Shown here: positions 27,759 through 37,331 of the stretch, one piece after another
Layout of the letters: every line of letters starts with the position of its first letter
How positions within the stretch are numbered: the stretch's first letter is position 1
From: an uncultured virus (IMG/VR IMGVR_UViG_3300028591_000186)
Taxonomy: Duplodnaviria > Heunggongvirae > Uroviricota > Caudoviricetes
Direction: 5' to 3' (one strand)
DNA length: 64,000 nt
Virus record (IMG/VR): IMGVR_UViG_3300028591_000186
Notes under the pieces: model-generated
Told to the model about the DNA's origin: nothing
Databases searched by the model: none
What the model saw: only the letters and a program-made list of their open reading frames with translations
Program-made: the position numbers and the translations under genes

Positions 27759-28178
27759 TTATATCTCAATCCAAATGGAACCGCCTCCACTTGAATTCAT
27801 CAATACATATTGATCGTTGAGATAGCGGTACATAGCTGTACCGTCTACATATATAGTTTGAAAATCCCCAATTTCGGGAAAATTATCCTTGTCATCAAAG
27901 ACTATCTGTTTTTCTGGCGATTGAGTAAGCTGATGCCAACCTGAATCGTATTCCCAGAGAATTTTAGTTTCCTCTACAAAGTAGAAGCCATGTAAAGGAA
28001 TGGGAAGAGATTCTCTTTGAGCCTCAGTACCTAAAAAGATAATCTGTTGATAGCACGTCCTTTGAGTGCCATCTACATAGATTGCTCTTTCATCTTGCAC
28101 GAATATTATCTGTCCCGGATTAAATGGGATAGTATCGAGCTTTTCAGAGGAAGAGCAAATAAACTTAACTGTAGCCAT
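27759..28178 (-). CDS. putative tail-fibre-associated protein
   Basis: N-terminus similar to 35730-36245 (LxTIPxxxGQxIF). Confidence 0.6.
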   Translation of the reverse strand: MATVKFICSSSEKLDTIPFNPGQIIFVQDERAIYVDGTQRTCYQQIIFLGTEAQRESLPIPLHGFYFVEETKILWEYDSGWHQLTQSPEKQIVFDDKDNFPEIGDFQTIYVDGTAMYRYLNDQYVLMNSSGGGSIWIEI

Positions 28179-28188
28179 AGCTTCCCCC

Positions 28189-29058
28189 TCAGAAAATAAA
28201 TTCCATACTTATCTGTTCTTGAATATCTGATATACTGTTTTCTGCTGTTTCTGTGCGCTGTGCCAAATCTGTAACATCTTCTTGCATTGATGATATATCT
28301 TTATTTAATGTGCTTATATCTTGGGAAATATTCTGTGTATCATTCTGAAGATTAGAAATATTATTTTCTGCATTATTAACACGAGTTTCCAAATTACCAA
28401 GATCCGTAGAAATATTACTAACTGAAGTCTGTAAATCAGATACATCTGCTTCTAAATTTACAGTTCGATTACTCAAATCTAAAACTGATCCTGATATAGA
28501 ATTAATCCTAGTAGTATGCTCTGATAACTCGGTATTTATATCACCAAATGATGATTTTATTTCCGCAATATCCGCACTATATCCTTGAGTCTCTTGTTCT
28601 ACAGCTGCAATACGATCATCAAAACCACCGACGGTATCAGATAAACTTGAAACATCAGATTGAATTAAACTAATCTGAGCAGCATGTTCTGACACAAGCA
28701 ATGATAAATCAGATACATCTTTTTGATCAAAAATCTTAATGTACTCTATACCATTGAAATAAAAGCCAGATTTTTCTACTATATACAGAATCCCTTCTTG
28801 GGCTGATATTGTATCAGGAAGTTCATTAACAATTCGGACATATTCAGGATTATCGCCAACCATAAATTCAGTCACAAACTGACCCTTATTTGATGCAGGA
28901 GGAGTAGTAAATGCTAGTTTTCCAGCATCTTCTCCCTCTGTTATATAAGTCCAAATAATTCGATCACAATCATGTAACTTACCACCTTCAGCTAATGCAG
29001 CTTGTAATCCGGCCTTTGTACCTCTGGCAAATACAGGTATTTTTTGATTTATCGCCAT
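28189..29058 (-). CDS. coiled-coil fibre-like structural protein
   Basis: long heptad-repeat C-terminal half. Confidence 0.65.
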   Translation of the reverse strand: MAINQKIPVFARGTKAGLQAALAEGGKLHDCDRIIWTYITEGEDAGKLAFTTPPASNKGQFVTEFMVGDNPEYVRIVNELPDTISAQEGILYIVEKSGFYFNGIEYIKIFDQKDVSDLSLLVSEHAAQISLIQSDVSSLSDTVGGFDDRIAAVEQETQGYSADIAEIKSSFGDINTELSEHTTRINSISGSVLDLSNRTVNLEADVSDLQTSVSNISTDLGNLETRVNNAENNISNLQNDTQNISQDISTLNKDISSMQEDVTDLAQRTETAENSISDIQEQISMEFIF

Positions 29059-29076
29059 ATTTTCACCTCCTTTCCA

Positions 29077-29763
29077 TCATAATTCAACGACAGCTATTGC
29101 ATCGTCGTCATCATCAGAATCGGAGTCGCCATCTCCATTAAGATCAATTACGCCATCCTCAGAACCATCCTGATCGTCTATCCATCCGGTTGGTATTTCT
29201 ACTCCTTCGCCTATCTTTTCGCCTTTAGCAGTAAGTTGAAGCTGAGAACCTGTCAAAGCAAGATCATCAACCTGATTTTCTGCATAAGTCTCTGCAATAG
29301 CGGCGAGTTTATCAGATTCTGCCTGAAGCGCGAGTATCTTATTATCAATGACATTAAGAGAAGAGTCATCAGTATAAGCAAAATAATCATTAAGCTTAAG
29401 GATTTCGATTTCTAATTCTCCTGTACGCAGTACATATGATTTATTATCTGTCTCATCAAAATATGTCAAAGTTAGTTTCATAATGACAATACCCGCCATA
29501 TAAGTAAATTTACTATCCAATGGCATTGTATAGCGGATAAATAAATCTTTATATACTTCACTGTCTGCAATTAAAGATTCAGTATGTGCAACATTAGCAG
29601 GATCTAAGTATTCTAAAGTCGCATTAAAATCAAAAAGATTTATCCCGTCGTACTCCATAGGGATCAAAATTTGCATGTTATCTACAAGACTTTCGCGTTG
29701 GTATAATCTTGAATTAGTTGTTACAACTAAATTTTTATTAGATAACATTTTTACTGTCAGCAT
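29077..29763 (-). CDS. putative baseplate/fibre adaptor protein
   Basis: 228 aa; BppU-like N-terminal pattern; location in tail module. Confidence 0.55.
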   Translation of the reverse strand: MLTVKMLSNKNLVVTTNSRLYQRESLVDNMQILIPMEYDGINLFDFNATLEYLDPANVAHTESLIADSEVYKDLFIRYTMPLDSKFTYMAGIVIMKLTLTYFDETDNKSYVLRTGELEIEILKLNDYFAYTDDSSLNVIDNKILALQAESDKLAAIAETYAENQVDDLALTGSQLQLTAKGEKIGEGVEIPTGWIDDQDGSEDGVIDLNGDGDSDSDDDDDAIAVVEL

Positions 29764-29779
29764 TTCAACACCCCCTTTC

Positions 29780-31168
29780 CTAAATAATTGTTATATATTT
29801 ATTCGATACATATCTGTTTTCATCCAACTTATACCATCCGGAAGCCGGATCTATACCTAAGATATGCACTATCTCTCCCTTTTTGAGGGCTGCGACAATC
29901 TTCCCTTTCGTAGAGGGTAAGTCTCTTACATTTAAAACATTTGCAGATACAATTCCCCATGAAACTCCTGTTGGCTTTTCAGTTTTAATAGGAGAATAGA
30001 GGATATTTGCATCCAATCTGCCTGATGAACCTGACACAACCAAAGAAGAAGTATATTGCCAAGCTATTAAATTCGGTATATTAGGCTTATAAGATTCATT
30101 TGGATTCTGAGAAATAGACATTTCGTTATATTTATTATAATATCTCGCAATCCAATTATTTTTACTGTGCAATTTTGACTGATATGGCTTGATATAGCTA
30201 TTCCAAAAACTTTGACCCGTATATAATACAAATGGAAGACCTGCGTCTTCCACTACCTTCTGATAACCATTTATTATATCTATGAGTCTTTCTCCTAACC
30301 CTTGTAAAACTTTATCTTCTATATCTGCACAAACCGGAATTTTTCGGCCATTAAGAATCTTAATAACCTTTTGAGCCATGATTTTAGCTGATTCTACGTT
30401 CACAGTATACAAGTAATTGTAAACACCTAAGACAGGAATCCCCGCTTTAGTGAACCCGTTATAATGATTTTCAAACTGTTCATCAGGATTTCCATCTTTG
30501 CGTATCACCTTGATGATACCAAACTGCACTCCTGCATTTTTAAGTTTATTATAATCTAATCCCTTTTGCCATGCCGCTACATCTATTCCTTTACAAGGAT
30601 ATGTTAAAGAAATATTAGATTGTTTCTGAGGAATCGCAGTATCCGCTTCAGAACCATTCTCTAAACTCATAACCGTATGAGAACCCGGCTTTACGAGAAT
30701 ATCTCCACGTTTTAAGTATTTATCAGTTGTTAAGTATTTTGAATCTGTATATTTCTTATACTTTCCTGTTTTTACAAAAGCATCAACCATAGTGGATGTA
30801 GTTGGAGCATTGCCAGAATATTCAAGTTCTGTGACTCCTGCTGCAATAGCGCATAAAGTCATAAAAGCAGAACAATCTGTTTCACAAGGTACTGATATCT
30901 TAGAGAGGTCATATCCCACTTTTTTCGCTTGAGTATGAGCTGTATTTCTAGTTGATTGATTATAACCTATATTGTCATTTGCGCATCCTTTTTCACAAGC
31001 TTGTGCAGATTTTTCAGCAACTTCATCTGATATAGGACGTAACATAACTGACCAAGGTTTGCTATACCACTGACGAGTAGTTACTTCTTTTTTGTTCTGA
31101 TCTCCGGCAATATCTCCATTGATCTTTCCATTAGAACCTAAAGAAGCATGTCCAATTTTTACCGCCAT
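29780..31168 (-). CDS. endolysin: NlpC/P60-like + GH25 muramidase + SH3
   Basis: GYNQ...DCSAF...GDILV...SHT; GIDVAAWQ...DIED...WQYTS; LNVRDLPS; AAAGGAGG RBS. Confidence 0.88.
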   Translation of the reverse strand: MAVKIGHASLGSNGKINGDIAGDQNKKEVTTRQWYSKPWSVMLRPISDEVAEKSAQACEKGCANDNIGYNQSTRNTAHTQAKKVGYDLSKISVPCETDCSAFMTLCAIAAGVTELEYSGNAPTTSTMVDAFVKTGKYKKYTDSKYLTTDKYLKRGDILVKPGSHTVMSLENGSEADTAIPQKQSNISLTYPCKGIDVAAWQKGLDYNKLKNAGVQFGIIKVIRKDGNPDEQFENHYNGFTKAGIPVLGVYNYLYTVNVESAKIMAQKVIKILNGRKIPVCADIEDKVLQGLGERLIDIINGYQKVVEDAGLPFVLYTGQSFWNSYIKPYQSKLHSKNNWIARYYNKYNEMSISQNPNESYKPNIPNLIAWQYTSSLVVSGSSGRLDANILYSPIKTEKPTGVSWGIVSANVLNVRDLPSTKGKIVAALKKGEIVHILGIDPASGWYKLDENRYVSNKYITII

Positions 31169-31182
31169 GACATCACCTCCTT

Positions 31183-32760
31183 TTATAATGAAACATCTCC
31201 GTCTGAACAATGTACAACTTTTGTTGCAATTTGATTAAAAGCTCCCGAATATACAGTTACTTGTCCCCATTGAGTTTTTGTTCCCGCATAGTAAATCATT
31301 GAAACAGGAATAGCATAAAATGCCCGAGTATTAACTACTTTTAATGAAGCAGGAAGATATACAAGATTTAAATTATTATCTGAAGTACAAATATTACGTT
31401 CTAATGTTTCTATTCCCTCTGGAAAAACAAGTGACGGTAATTTTGAACATCCATAAAAAGCACTTTCAGCTATTGTTTTAATATTAGGAGATAATCTTAT
31501 AGACTTCATTGCTGTACACCACAAAAAGGCATGACTACCCATATTAGACACTGAATCCGGTATATATACGTCAGTAAGTTGATTACAATTACTAAATCCA
31601 TCTGCTCCAATTGCCTTGGCATCATTAGGTAAAATTAAAGAACCAATTAAAGTATACTTGGATGTATTAGAAGTCCCGGAAGTATAATTAGTCTTTATTG
31701 TACCGTTATCATTATGAACAACTCCTTGTGCTAATAATTCTTCCCAAGAATATTTCATATTTCCATTTTCATCATATAAACCTGGGGCAGTAGTTATTGG
31801 TATTATTTTTTTTGTTCGACTTAATTCTCTACCGCAATCTGCACAATATATTACTTCATCACAGGAACCATCAGTTATAAACGATGGCTCTATTACATTT
31901 TCATAAACTATTTCTCCCGGAATATGTACATATACTCCACTACCATCATCAACAACATTACAATCAATCTCAGCATGTTTCTTAATTCCAAGCTGAGTAA
32001 TATATGTACCTGATATAACTGCGTGACCTTTATCTACGGCTCTCAGTAAACAATCAGGAATGAAAAGAACTATATTTTCATCCGAAGATACAATAGTAGA
32101 TTCTCCTGTTACGTCATCATTAAAGTTATATAATGCAACAATTTGGTATACATAACCCTTTTCAAGAGTAACACTCGCAGAATCTGCATTTTCCAAATCT
32201 ATAACAATTGGCTGAATCGGATGTCCTGCCATATAGATTCTGTTATTTTCAGCAGCGGGAGTATCAGCAAAAGCGTCTACTGCAACTCTGGTAGAAGAGG
32301 GTATATTTGCTTGTGTAGTTCCCGTTCCACCAAAAGCATTACTGCCTATAGAAGCTGTATTACTCGGAATACTTACATTTCCATTCGGAACATGTCCATT
32401 ATCAGGACTTGTCATACCTGTTAATCCTTGACAATTGGCAAACGCATTATCTCCAATTTTTGAAATATTATTTGGCACTACAAGTTCGCCGGATAGATTA
32501 TTGCTATCTAAAACATTTGCGGCAGAGCCACTATTCGGTGCTAAATAATAATTTTCGTCATTTGGATCAGTAGAATAATCTTGTGTTATATCTAATCCCA
32601 ACGCTTCAAGTTCTTCCCATGTTTTAAGTATTACTCCATCTTTATAAAGACCAATCTCTAAAGTGTAGCTACTATTATCATATACACGGTAAAAACAAAA
32701 TGGGTCTTTGACCATACTACCATATTGGTCTGCCGTAACCATTTTAAATGCAACATTCAT
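31183..32760 (-). CDS. BspA-type leucine-rich-repeat/Ig-like virion protein
   Basis: repeated IPxxVxxIGxxAFxxC units. Confidence 0.8.
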   Translation of the reverse strand: MNVAFKMVTADQYGSMVKDPFCFYRVYDNSSYTLEIGLYKDGVILKTWEELEALGLDITQDYSTDPNDENYYLAPNSGSAANVLDSNNLSGELVVPNNISKIGDNAFANCQGLTGMTSPDNGHVPNGNVSIPSNTASIGSNAFGGTGTTQANIPSSTRVAVDAFADTPAAENNRIYMAGHPIQPIVIDLENADSASVTLEKGYVYQIVALYNFNDDVTGESTIVSSDENIVLFIPDCLLRAVDKGHAVISGTYITQLGIKKHAEIDCNVVDDGSGVYVHIPGEIVYENVIEPSFITDGSCDEVIYCADCGRELSRTKKIIPITTAPGLYDENGNMKYSWEELLAQGVVHNDNGTIKTNYTSGTSNTSKYTLIGSLILPNDAKAIGADGFSNCNQLTDVYIPDSVSNMGSHAFLWCTAMKSIRLSPNIKTIAESAFYGCSKLPSLVFPEGIETLERNICTSDNNLNLVYLPASLKVVNTRAFYAIPVSMIYYAGTKTQWGQVTVYSGAFNQIATKVVHCSDGDVSL

Positions 32761-32839
32761 AATTATTTTCCTCTATATTTAATTAATGTGATACTATTCA
32801 GAATAAATTGTTCTATAATTAACATTCATATCTTTTACC

Positions 32840-33241
32840 TTATTCTGAATAGTTAAAATACCATGTAGTTTCAAGACTATGACCTTGTGGGTCTACAACA
32901 TCTTCTTGAGGCCACCATATATGAACCGGATTTGGAGTATTTTCGTCAAGAATTGTTCCTTGAGGAATACTAAAATCACACTGAGTATAAGGAACAATAT
33001 CACCAATCGTGCCATATGGATTAACATGATCGTATTTCAAGAAAATAGTCATTCCTGTATAATCTATAGGCTCGCCTTTATGGAAGAATTGTTTATCAGG
33101 TGGAGTATTGACTTCTATAGCAACTATAGTATGTTCATCTGGGATATCTCCGTCTATAATTTGATAAAAAGTATACGGATCTTTGATAACAAGATTATCA
33201 TACTGTTCTCGTGTTAATTTAACAAAATCAAAAACTTTCAT
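32840..33241 (-). CDS. bacterial Ig-like domain protein
   Basis: IEVNTPPDK.FF.KGEPIDYTGM motif. Confidence 0.7.
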   Translation of the reverse strand: MKVFDFVKLTREQYDNLVIKDPYTFYQIIDGDIPDEHTIVAIEVNTPPDKQFFHKGEPIDYTGMTIFLKYDHVNPYGTIGDIVPYTQCDFSIPQGTILDENTPNPVHIWWPQEDVVDPQGHSLETTWYFNYSE

Positions 33242-33251
33242 TTTTCTCCTT

Positions 33252-33635
33252 TTAGCCAACAGCTTCATCTTGATTTATTTCCGAAATTTGATGAAACTTA
33301 TTTTTCATTTCTTCCATTGCTGATTCGTATACAATCCCACCCGTTTTGTTTTCAAAAGTTGCTTTAATAAAATATCCAAATAACGCAACACATTCTCCAA
33401 CAATAGCTGTTATCAGAGCAGGAAGAGCAGTTAAGTCTCTTATAAACCACATGACGATCAAACTATATATTTCAACTACGGTGCAATTGATCATAATAAA
33501 AGCCATGACTGTTTTCGTATAAGTCCATGGCTTTTTAGGTTTATCATTTTCATGTTTAATTTCTTGAATTATCTGTTTTTCTTTTACTTTATCAGCATAT
33601 TCTTGTGCCTTTTTCTTTCTTGTCTCAAAATCCAT
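33252..33635 (-). CDS. membrane protein (holin-like, 2 TM)
   Basis: two hydrophobic helices; KATFENKTGGIVYE. Confidence 0.65.
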   Translation of the reverse strand: MDFETRKKKAQEYADKVKEKQIIQEIKHENDKPKKPWTYTKTVMAFIMINCTVVEIYSLIVMWFIRDLTALPALITAIVGECVALFGYFIKATFENKTGGIVYESAMEEMKNKFHQISEINQDEAVG

Positions 33636-33808
33636 GATTAATACCTCCAATAGAAACAAGCGGAACTATCTACGACATACGTATCTAGCTCCGCTTATTA
33701 AGACGAGAATCAACAAGACACTTAATATCTTGTTAAGCATTTAGGATCTTAGTCCTCTCTATCTTTCAAATCTTTACTTGCAAAATCTGTTTTACTCACT
33801 TTTTCACC

Positions 33809-33885
33809 TCTCTATATCTTGTGCTTATTTTTTAGTTTAACCCCAATATGTTGTAGTCAATTTCCTAATAAAATGTTTGTTTTAT
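33809..33885. promoter_or_regulatory. composite site A: two NrdR-box-like motifs plus ATAAAA-N6-TTTTAT core
   Basis: TCTCTATATCTTGTGC (33809-33824), CCCCAATATGTTGTAG (33841-33856), core 33868-33885. Confidence 0.75.
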
Positions 33886-33973
33886 CACCGCCGATATAGC
33901 CACGATACCACCGCAGACCGCCAGAATTATATTCCAGAGGTCGTGCGGGGGTTAGCATTATTGGTGTGTCCAT
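33880..33973 (-). pseudogene. truncated holin-like N-terminal fragment
   Basis: MDTPIMLTP/HDLWNIILAVCGGIVAISAVIK with one frameshift in G5 (33947-33951); ends at the core site; GC-richer than its flank. Confidence 0.55.
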
Positions 33974-34089
33974 GTTTAGTTTCCTTAGTTATTTGTACTT
34001 TTTACTAAAACTTTCACTTTCTTACCATAACAAGCCCTGATGCCGTCCTCAGCGTACCGGATCCGTAAAGGATCCCAACCACGCGAAAC

Positions 34090-35586
34090 TTATGCTAATA
34101 ACAGGGGTATTGACTTATTAAAATATTGGTTGCCCATATAAAATCTTATGATATTATTTTTTGCTACACTCTCCGCTGTTGTTGTATCGATATCCTTAAA
34201 CATGATGTAAAGATCCTGATTATATACGCTGAGCTCGACTACAACTTTAATATAGTTAGGATTATCATACAGCCATCCGGTATATTCACCCAATATCAAA
34301 TAAGATCCTGTCTGTATTGGTCGCACAAATGCTGTAGGCATTTCTCCTAACTTATATCTATGGAATGTTAAGATCTGTACTGCTGCACTAAATATAAATG
34401 TATAGCTGCTTATGAGCGTGATACTGCCAATTGTATTTGCAGTATTTTCCAAAAGATTAATATTACCGCTGGATAATGTAAACTCTCCCTTGCTTAAATC
34501 AACACTTCCGCTATTTATCAAAGAACATTCACTAGCACCATAATTAAGGAAATTAGCTACATTATGTGCAATTCGTCTGGATCCTGCAGGTAGCGGGTGA
34601 TCATCACTCTGGTATTCGTTGTAATTATGATAAAACGTATAGGCATTATCAATATGTCTGTAGTTAGGTGCTGAGTAACTGTTGTAATAGTCAACAATGC
34701 TCATAAGCCTCTGTTTACCTACCCAATTTCTAGTCCCGGATATCATCCCGACTGTGATCATAGCATTAGGATAGTTAGCTGCAGCATAATCTGCAAAACT
34801 GATTATTCCATTAATAATAGCACTATAGCTCTTGTCTCCGTCATTAACACCCCCTAAGACTACAATGTCAGTTATCTTATCTTTATCGCTGATAGTCGCT
34901 GATAGGTCAACTAACTGATCAAGGAATGTTTTGGTTCCGCTTGCAAAGCCTGATCCGCTTACTCCGCTATGATACTTAACACCGCTAAGATAGTTATCAA
35001 GGTAACTGCTCCAAGGTACAATCTGTGTGCCTCCGCTAGGTGTGTCTGTAGTATTGTAGGAATCACCTATAAATATATATCTTTTTTCTGTTAGCAAATC
35101 CGTTTTATCCTGTAGGCCGATTATATCATCCTCTACCGTATCCAACCGTCCATCAAGAGCATTATTTATATTATCTATCTTATTACTACTCCAAGTGGTA
35201 TTTTCACTAACTTGATTATCATTTATTTGGTTATCGTAAAGTGTTTCATACTGAGTACCATTCCAGAAAAACATACGTTCTTTCCCACCTACAAGAACTC
35301 TATAGATATCTTCAGCTTGAGGAGTAAGAACAACTCCGTCCTTCATAAGCCAATTAGCACCGTATTCGGTTCCATTCGGATTTACTACCGCAACATGCAC
35401 TAATCCCTCTATGTCTGTATTCATTGCACAAAACCAATCTGTTGTTACGGTAGGAAGAACACCTGTTGTAGTTTTTCTTGCTATATATGTAGCATTTCGA
35501 TAATAAACTACATCTAAAAATTCATATGTAGTAGAAGAGGAGTAGTCGCCTTTGATGACGAATCCTATTCTTCCTGCATCATTCAT
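34090..35586 (-). CDS. tail fibre/receptor-binding protein with SGNH hydrolase domain
   Basis: FIGDSY, GVSGSG, LGGVND, DDHP motifs; fibre-like N-terminus. Confidence 0.8.
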   Translation of the reverse strand: MNDAGRIGFVIKGDYSSSTTYEFLDVVYYRNATYIARKTTTGVLPTVTTDWFCAMNTDIEGLVHVAVVNPNGTEYGANWLMKDGVVLTPQAEDIYRVLVGGKERMFFWNGTQYETLYDNQINDNQVSENTTWSSNKIDNINNALDGRLDTVEDDIIGLQDKTDLLTEKRYIFIGDSYNTTDTPSGGTQIVPWSSYLDNYLSGVKYHSGVSGSGFASGTKTFLDQLVDLSATISDKDKITDIVVLGGVNDGDKSYSAIINGIISFADYAAANYPNAMITVGMISGTRNWVGKQRLMSIVDYYNSYSAPNYRHIDNAYTFYHNYNEYQSDDHPLPAGSRRIAHNVANFLNYGASECSLINSGSVDLSKGEFTLSSGNINLLENTANTIGSITLISSYTFIFSAAVQILTFHRYKLGEMPTAFVRPIQTGSYLILGEYTGWLYDNPNYIKVVVELSVYNQDLYIMFKDIDTTTAESVAKNNIIRFYMGNQYFNKSIPLLLA

Positions 35587-35656
35587 GATGAAATTCTCCT
35601 TCCTTTAAAATTAAAAAAATATGTCCGATGGACATATTAAAAACGCTTGTTATTTA

Positions 35657-35733
35657 TAACAATATATAGTATTTATGAATTTATAAAACCACTACATATT
35701 GTGGTCAAAACATCAATAAAACTAGAATTTTAT
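35657..35733. promoter_or_regulatory. composite site B: two NrdR-box-like motifs plus ATAAAA-N6-TTTTAT core
   Basis: TAACAATATATAGTAT (35657-35672), CCACTACATATTGTGG (35689-35704), core 35716-35733; same spacing as site A. Confidence 0.75.
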
Positions 35734-36245
35734 ATTGAATTTGCTGAAAAATCGTAATACAAATGTCCATCAGTTAAATTAACTGACATATCAAGATCCG
35801 GTGAAAAATCAAATAGATTCACCATCTCATAATAAGTACCATTATATAAAACCTGATACGGTACTCCTGTAATCAAATGGGAGCCTATATTCTCGCCATT
35901 ATATTTAACAAACTTAGCACCCGTATTACTGATATTCAACGAGATAGCAGCGGATGTATTACCATAAGTAAATTTAACAAATGCCCACGCTCCTGTAGTA
36001 AGCACAAAATTCTCAATCTGTACTTCCTTTGCGGCAATATCTGCTGCTGTAGAACATATGCCATAAAATAATGCCGATTTCTTTGTTAAAGGATAACGAA
36101 CAACATTTTGAGTTACTGGGTCTAAAAAGTCGGCATATATATCATTATCGTTTATCTGAGCGTCAGTAATGAATATTACTTGTCCATGTACTAACGGTAT
36201 TGTAGATAATTTAGATTTTGTACTATGTGTATGTGAGATATCCAT
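35730..36245 (-). CDS. tail fibre-associated protein
   Basis: YGICSTAA..AAK.V...NF.L.TG...VKFT..NT fibre-type motif. Confidence 0.7.
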   Translation of the reverse strand: MDISHTHSTKSKLSTIPLVHGQVIFITDAQINDNDIYADFLDPVTQNVVRYPLTKKSALFYGICSTAADIAAKEVQIENFVLTTGAWAFVKFTYGNTSAAISLNISNTGAKFVKYNGENIGSHLITGVPYQVLYNGTYYEMVNLFDFSPDLDMSVNLTDGHLYYDFSANSI

Positions 36246-36258
36246 TTATTCCTCCTTC

Positions 36259-37287
36259 CTAAACCGTAAGTCCCCACATTAAATGTCCGTTACTATGAAC
36301 TTCAAAATTAAATCGACCACCTTCATATTTCAGATGGCCTGTTTCAAGATCCATAACAAAATTTGGAGCATCAATATCTAATGCTTCTTGTATGGCCTTC
36401 ACTGCATCTTCTCCTGCCTTAATGGTATTTTCAAGAATCTGTTCTGCTGAAATTGCACTATTCCGAGATTGTCTGGAATAGTATTCACTATTGTCAGTAG
36501 CATCACCTTCTCGATAAATACCGTTTGTTCCAACAGCATATGATTTTGAACGCTCTGACATATCTTCTGACTGATCACGGTAGGTTTTTGACTGAACAGC
36601 CGAATTAGCAGAATTTATGCTATATTCTCTAGATCTTTCTGAATAAGACTTACTATTATCAGTTGCATCCCCTTCACGAACTGTACCATTCGTACCAACA
36701 GCATAGGATTTAGATAAATTTGCCCAATTTTTAGTTACTGTTTCGGATGCTTTAGCCGCCTGTTCTGAAGCTTTCGCAGCATTCTCAGAAGCTTTTGCAT
36801 GTTGTTCTGACACCAACGCTTTAGCCGCTGACTGTTCGGCTTCTTCAGCATATTTTTCTGAGGTATCAATAACAGCAACCAATCTTTGGAATTCATCTGT
36901 AGATTCGATATACAACGGATCATAAGGTGCTTTAACAGTTATCAGAATAAAAGGAAATGATTTTAACTGCCTGTTGTTTAGTTTATGTATTAAATTGATA
37001 ACATAGTCTCCACGACCAGGTACAGCAAGCATCTGTTGAGTAATTTCAACAAGTATATATCCCTCGCTTGTTAAAGTACACTCGTTCCATACTTCCTTTG
37101 TATCAGGTTTTGTTCCCATGATATCTATATACACTTCATTAGGATCTGGAATATATCTGACACCATTTTGTATCAGTTCAATTTCAGCATATCTGACTTG
37201 ATATCCATCACCTTGCATACCAGAAATTTGAACAAAATTATTATTGGATGATAAGTCTACAATATAATGTTGTTTTATAATATCCAA
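36259..37287 (-). CDS. BppU-like upper baseplate protein
   Basis: QGD...KPDTK N-terminal motif; duplicated SKSYAVGTNG..REGDATDNS repeat. Confidence 0.75.
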   Translation of the reverse strand: MDIIKQHYIVDLSSNNNFVQISGMQGDGYQVRYAEIELIQNGVRYIPDPNEVYIDIMGTKPDTKEVWNECTLTSEGYILVEITQQMLAVPGRGDYVINLIHKLNNRQLKSFPFILITVKAPYDPLYIESTDEFQRLVAVIDTSEKYAEEAEQSAAKALVSEQHAKASENAAKASEQAAKASETVTKNWANLSKSYAVGTNGTVREGDATDNSKSYSERSREYSINSANSAVQSKTYRDQSEDMSERSKSYAVGTNGIYREGDATDNSEYYSRQSRNSAISAEQILENTIKAGEDAVKAIQEALDIDAPNFVMDLETGHLKYEGGRFNFEVHSNGHLMWGLTV

Positions 37288-37331
37288 TTATAGGTTCCTC
37301 CTTTCTTATAGAATATAGAGAGGTTTCACCC

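Noticed and set aside
32793..32853. 14-bp inverted repeat ACTATTCAGAATAA/TTATTCTGAATAGT
   Set aside because: Single AT-rich occurrence with no supporting context; at most a local hairpin.
34030..34090. Hammerhead ribozyme (CTGATG...GAAAC on +; CTGAGGA on -)
   Set aside because: Core is non-canonical: no CUGANGA, stem II, GAAA and NUH in the right order on either strand. Only the GGATCC hairpin is solid.
31183..37287. Diversity-generating retroelement acting on fibre genes
   Set aside because: No reverse transcriptase and no TR/VR pair differing at adenines found in the window.
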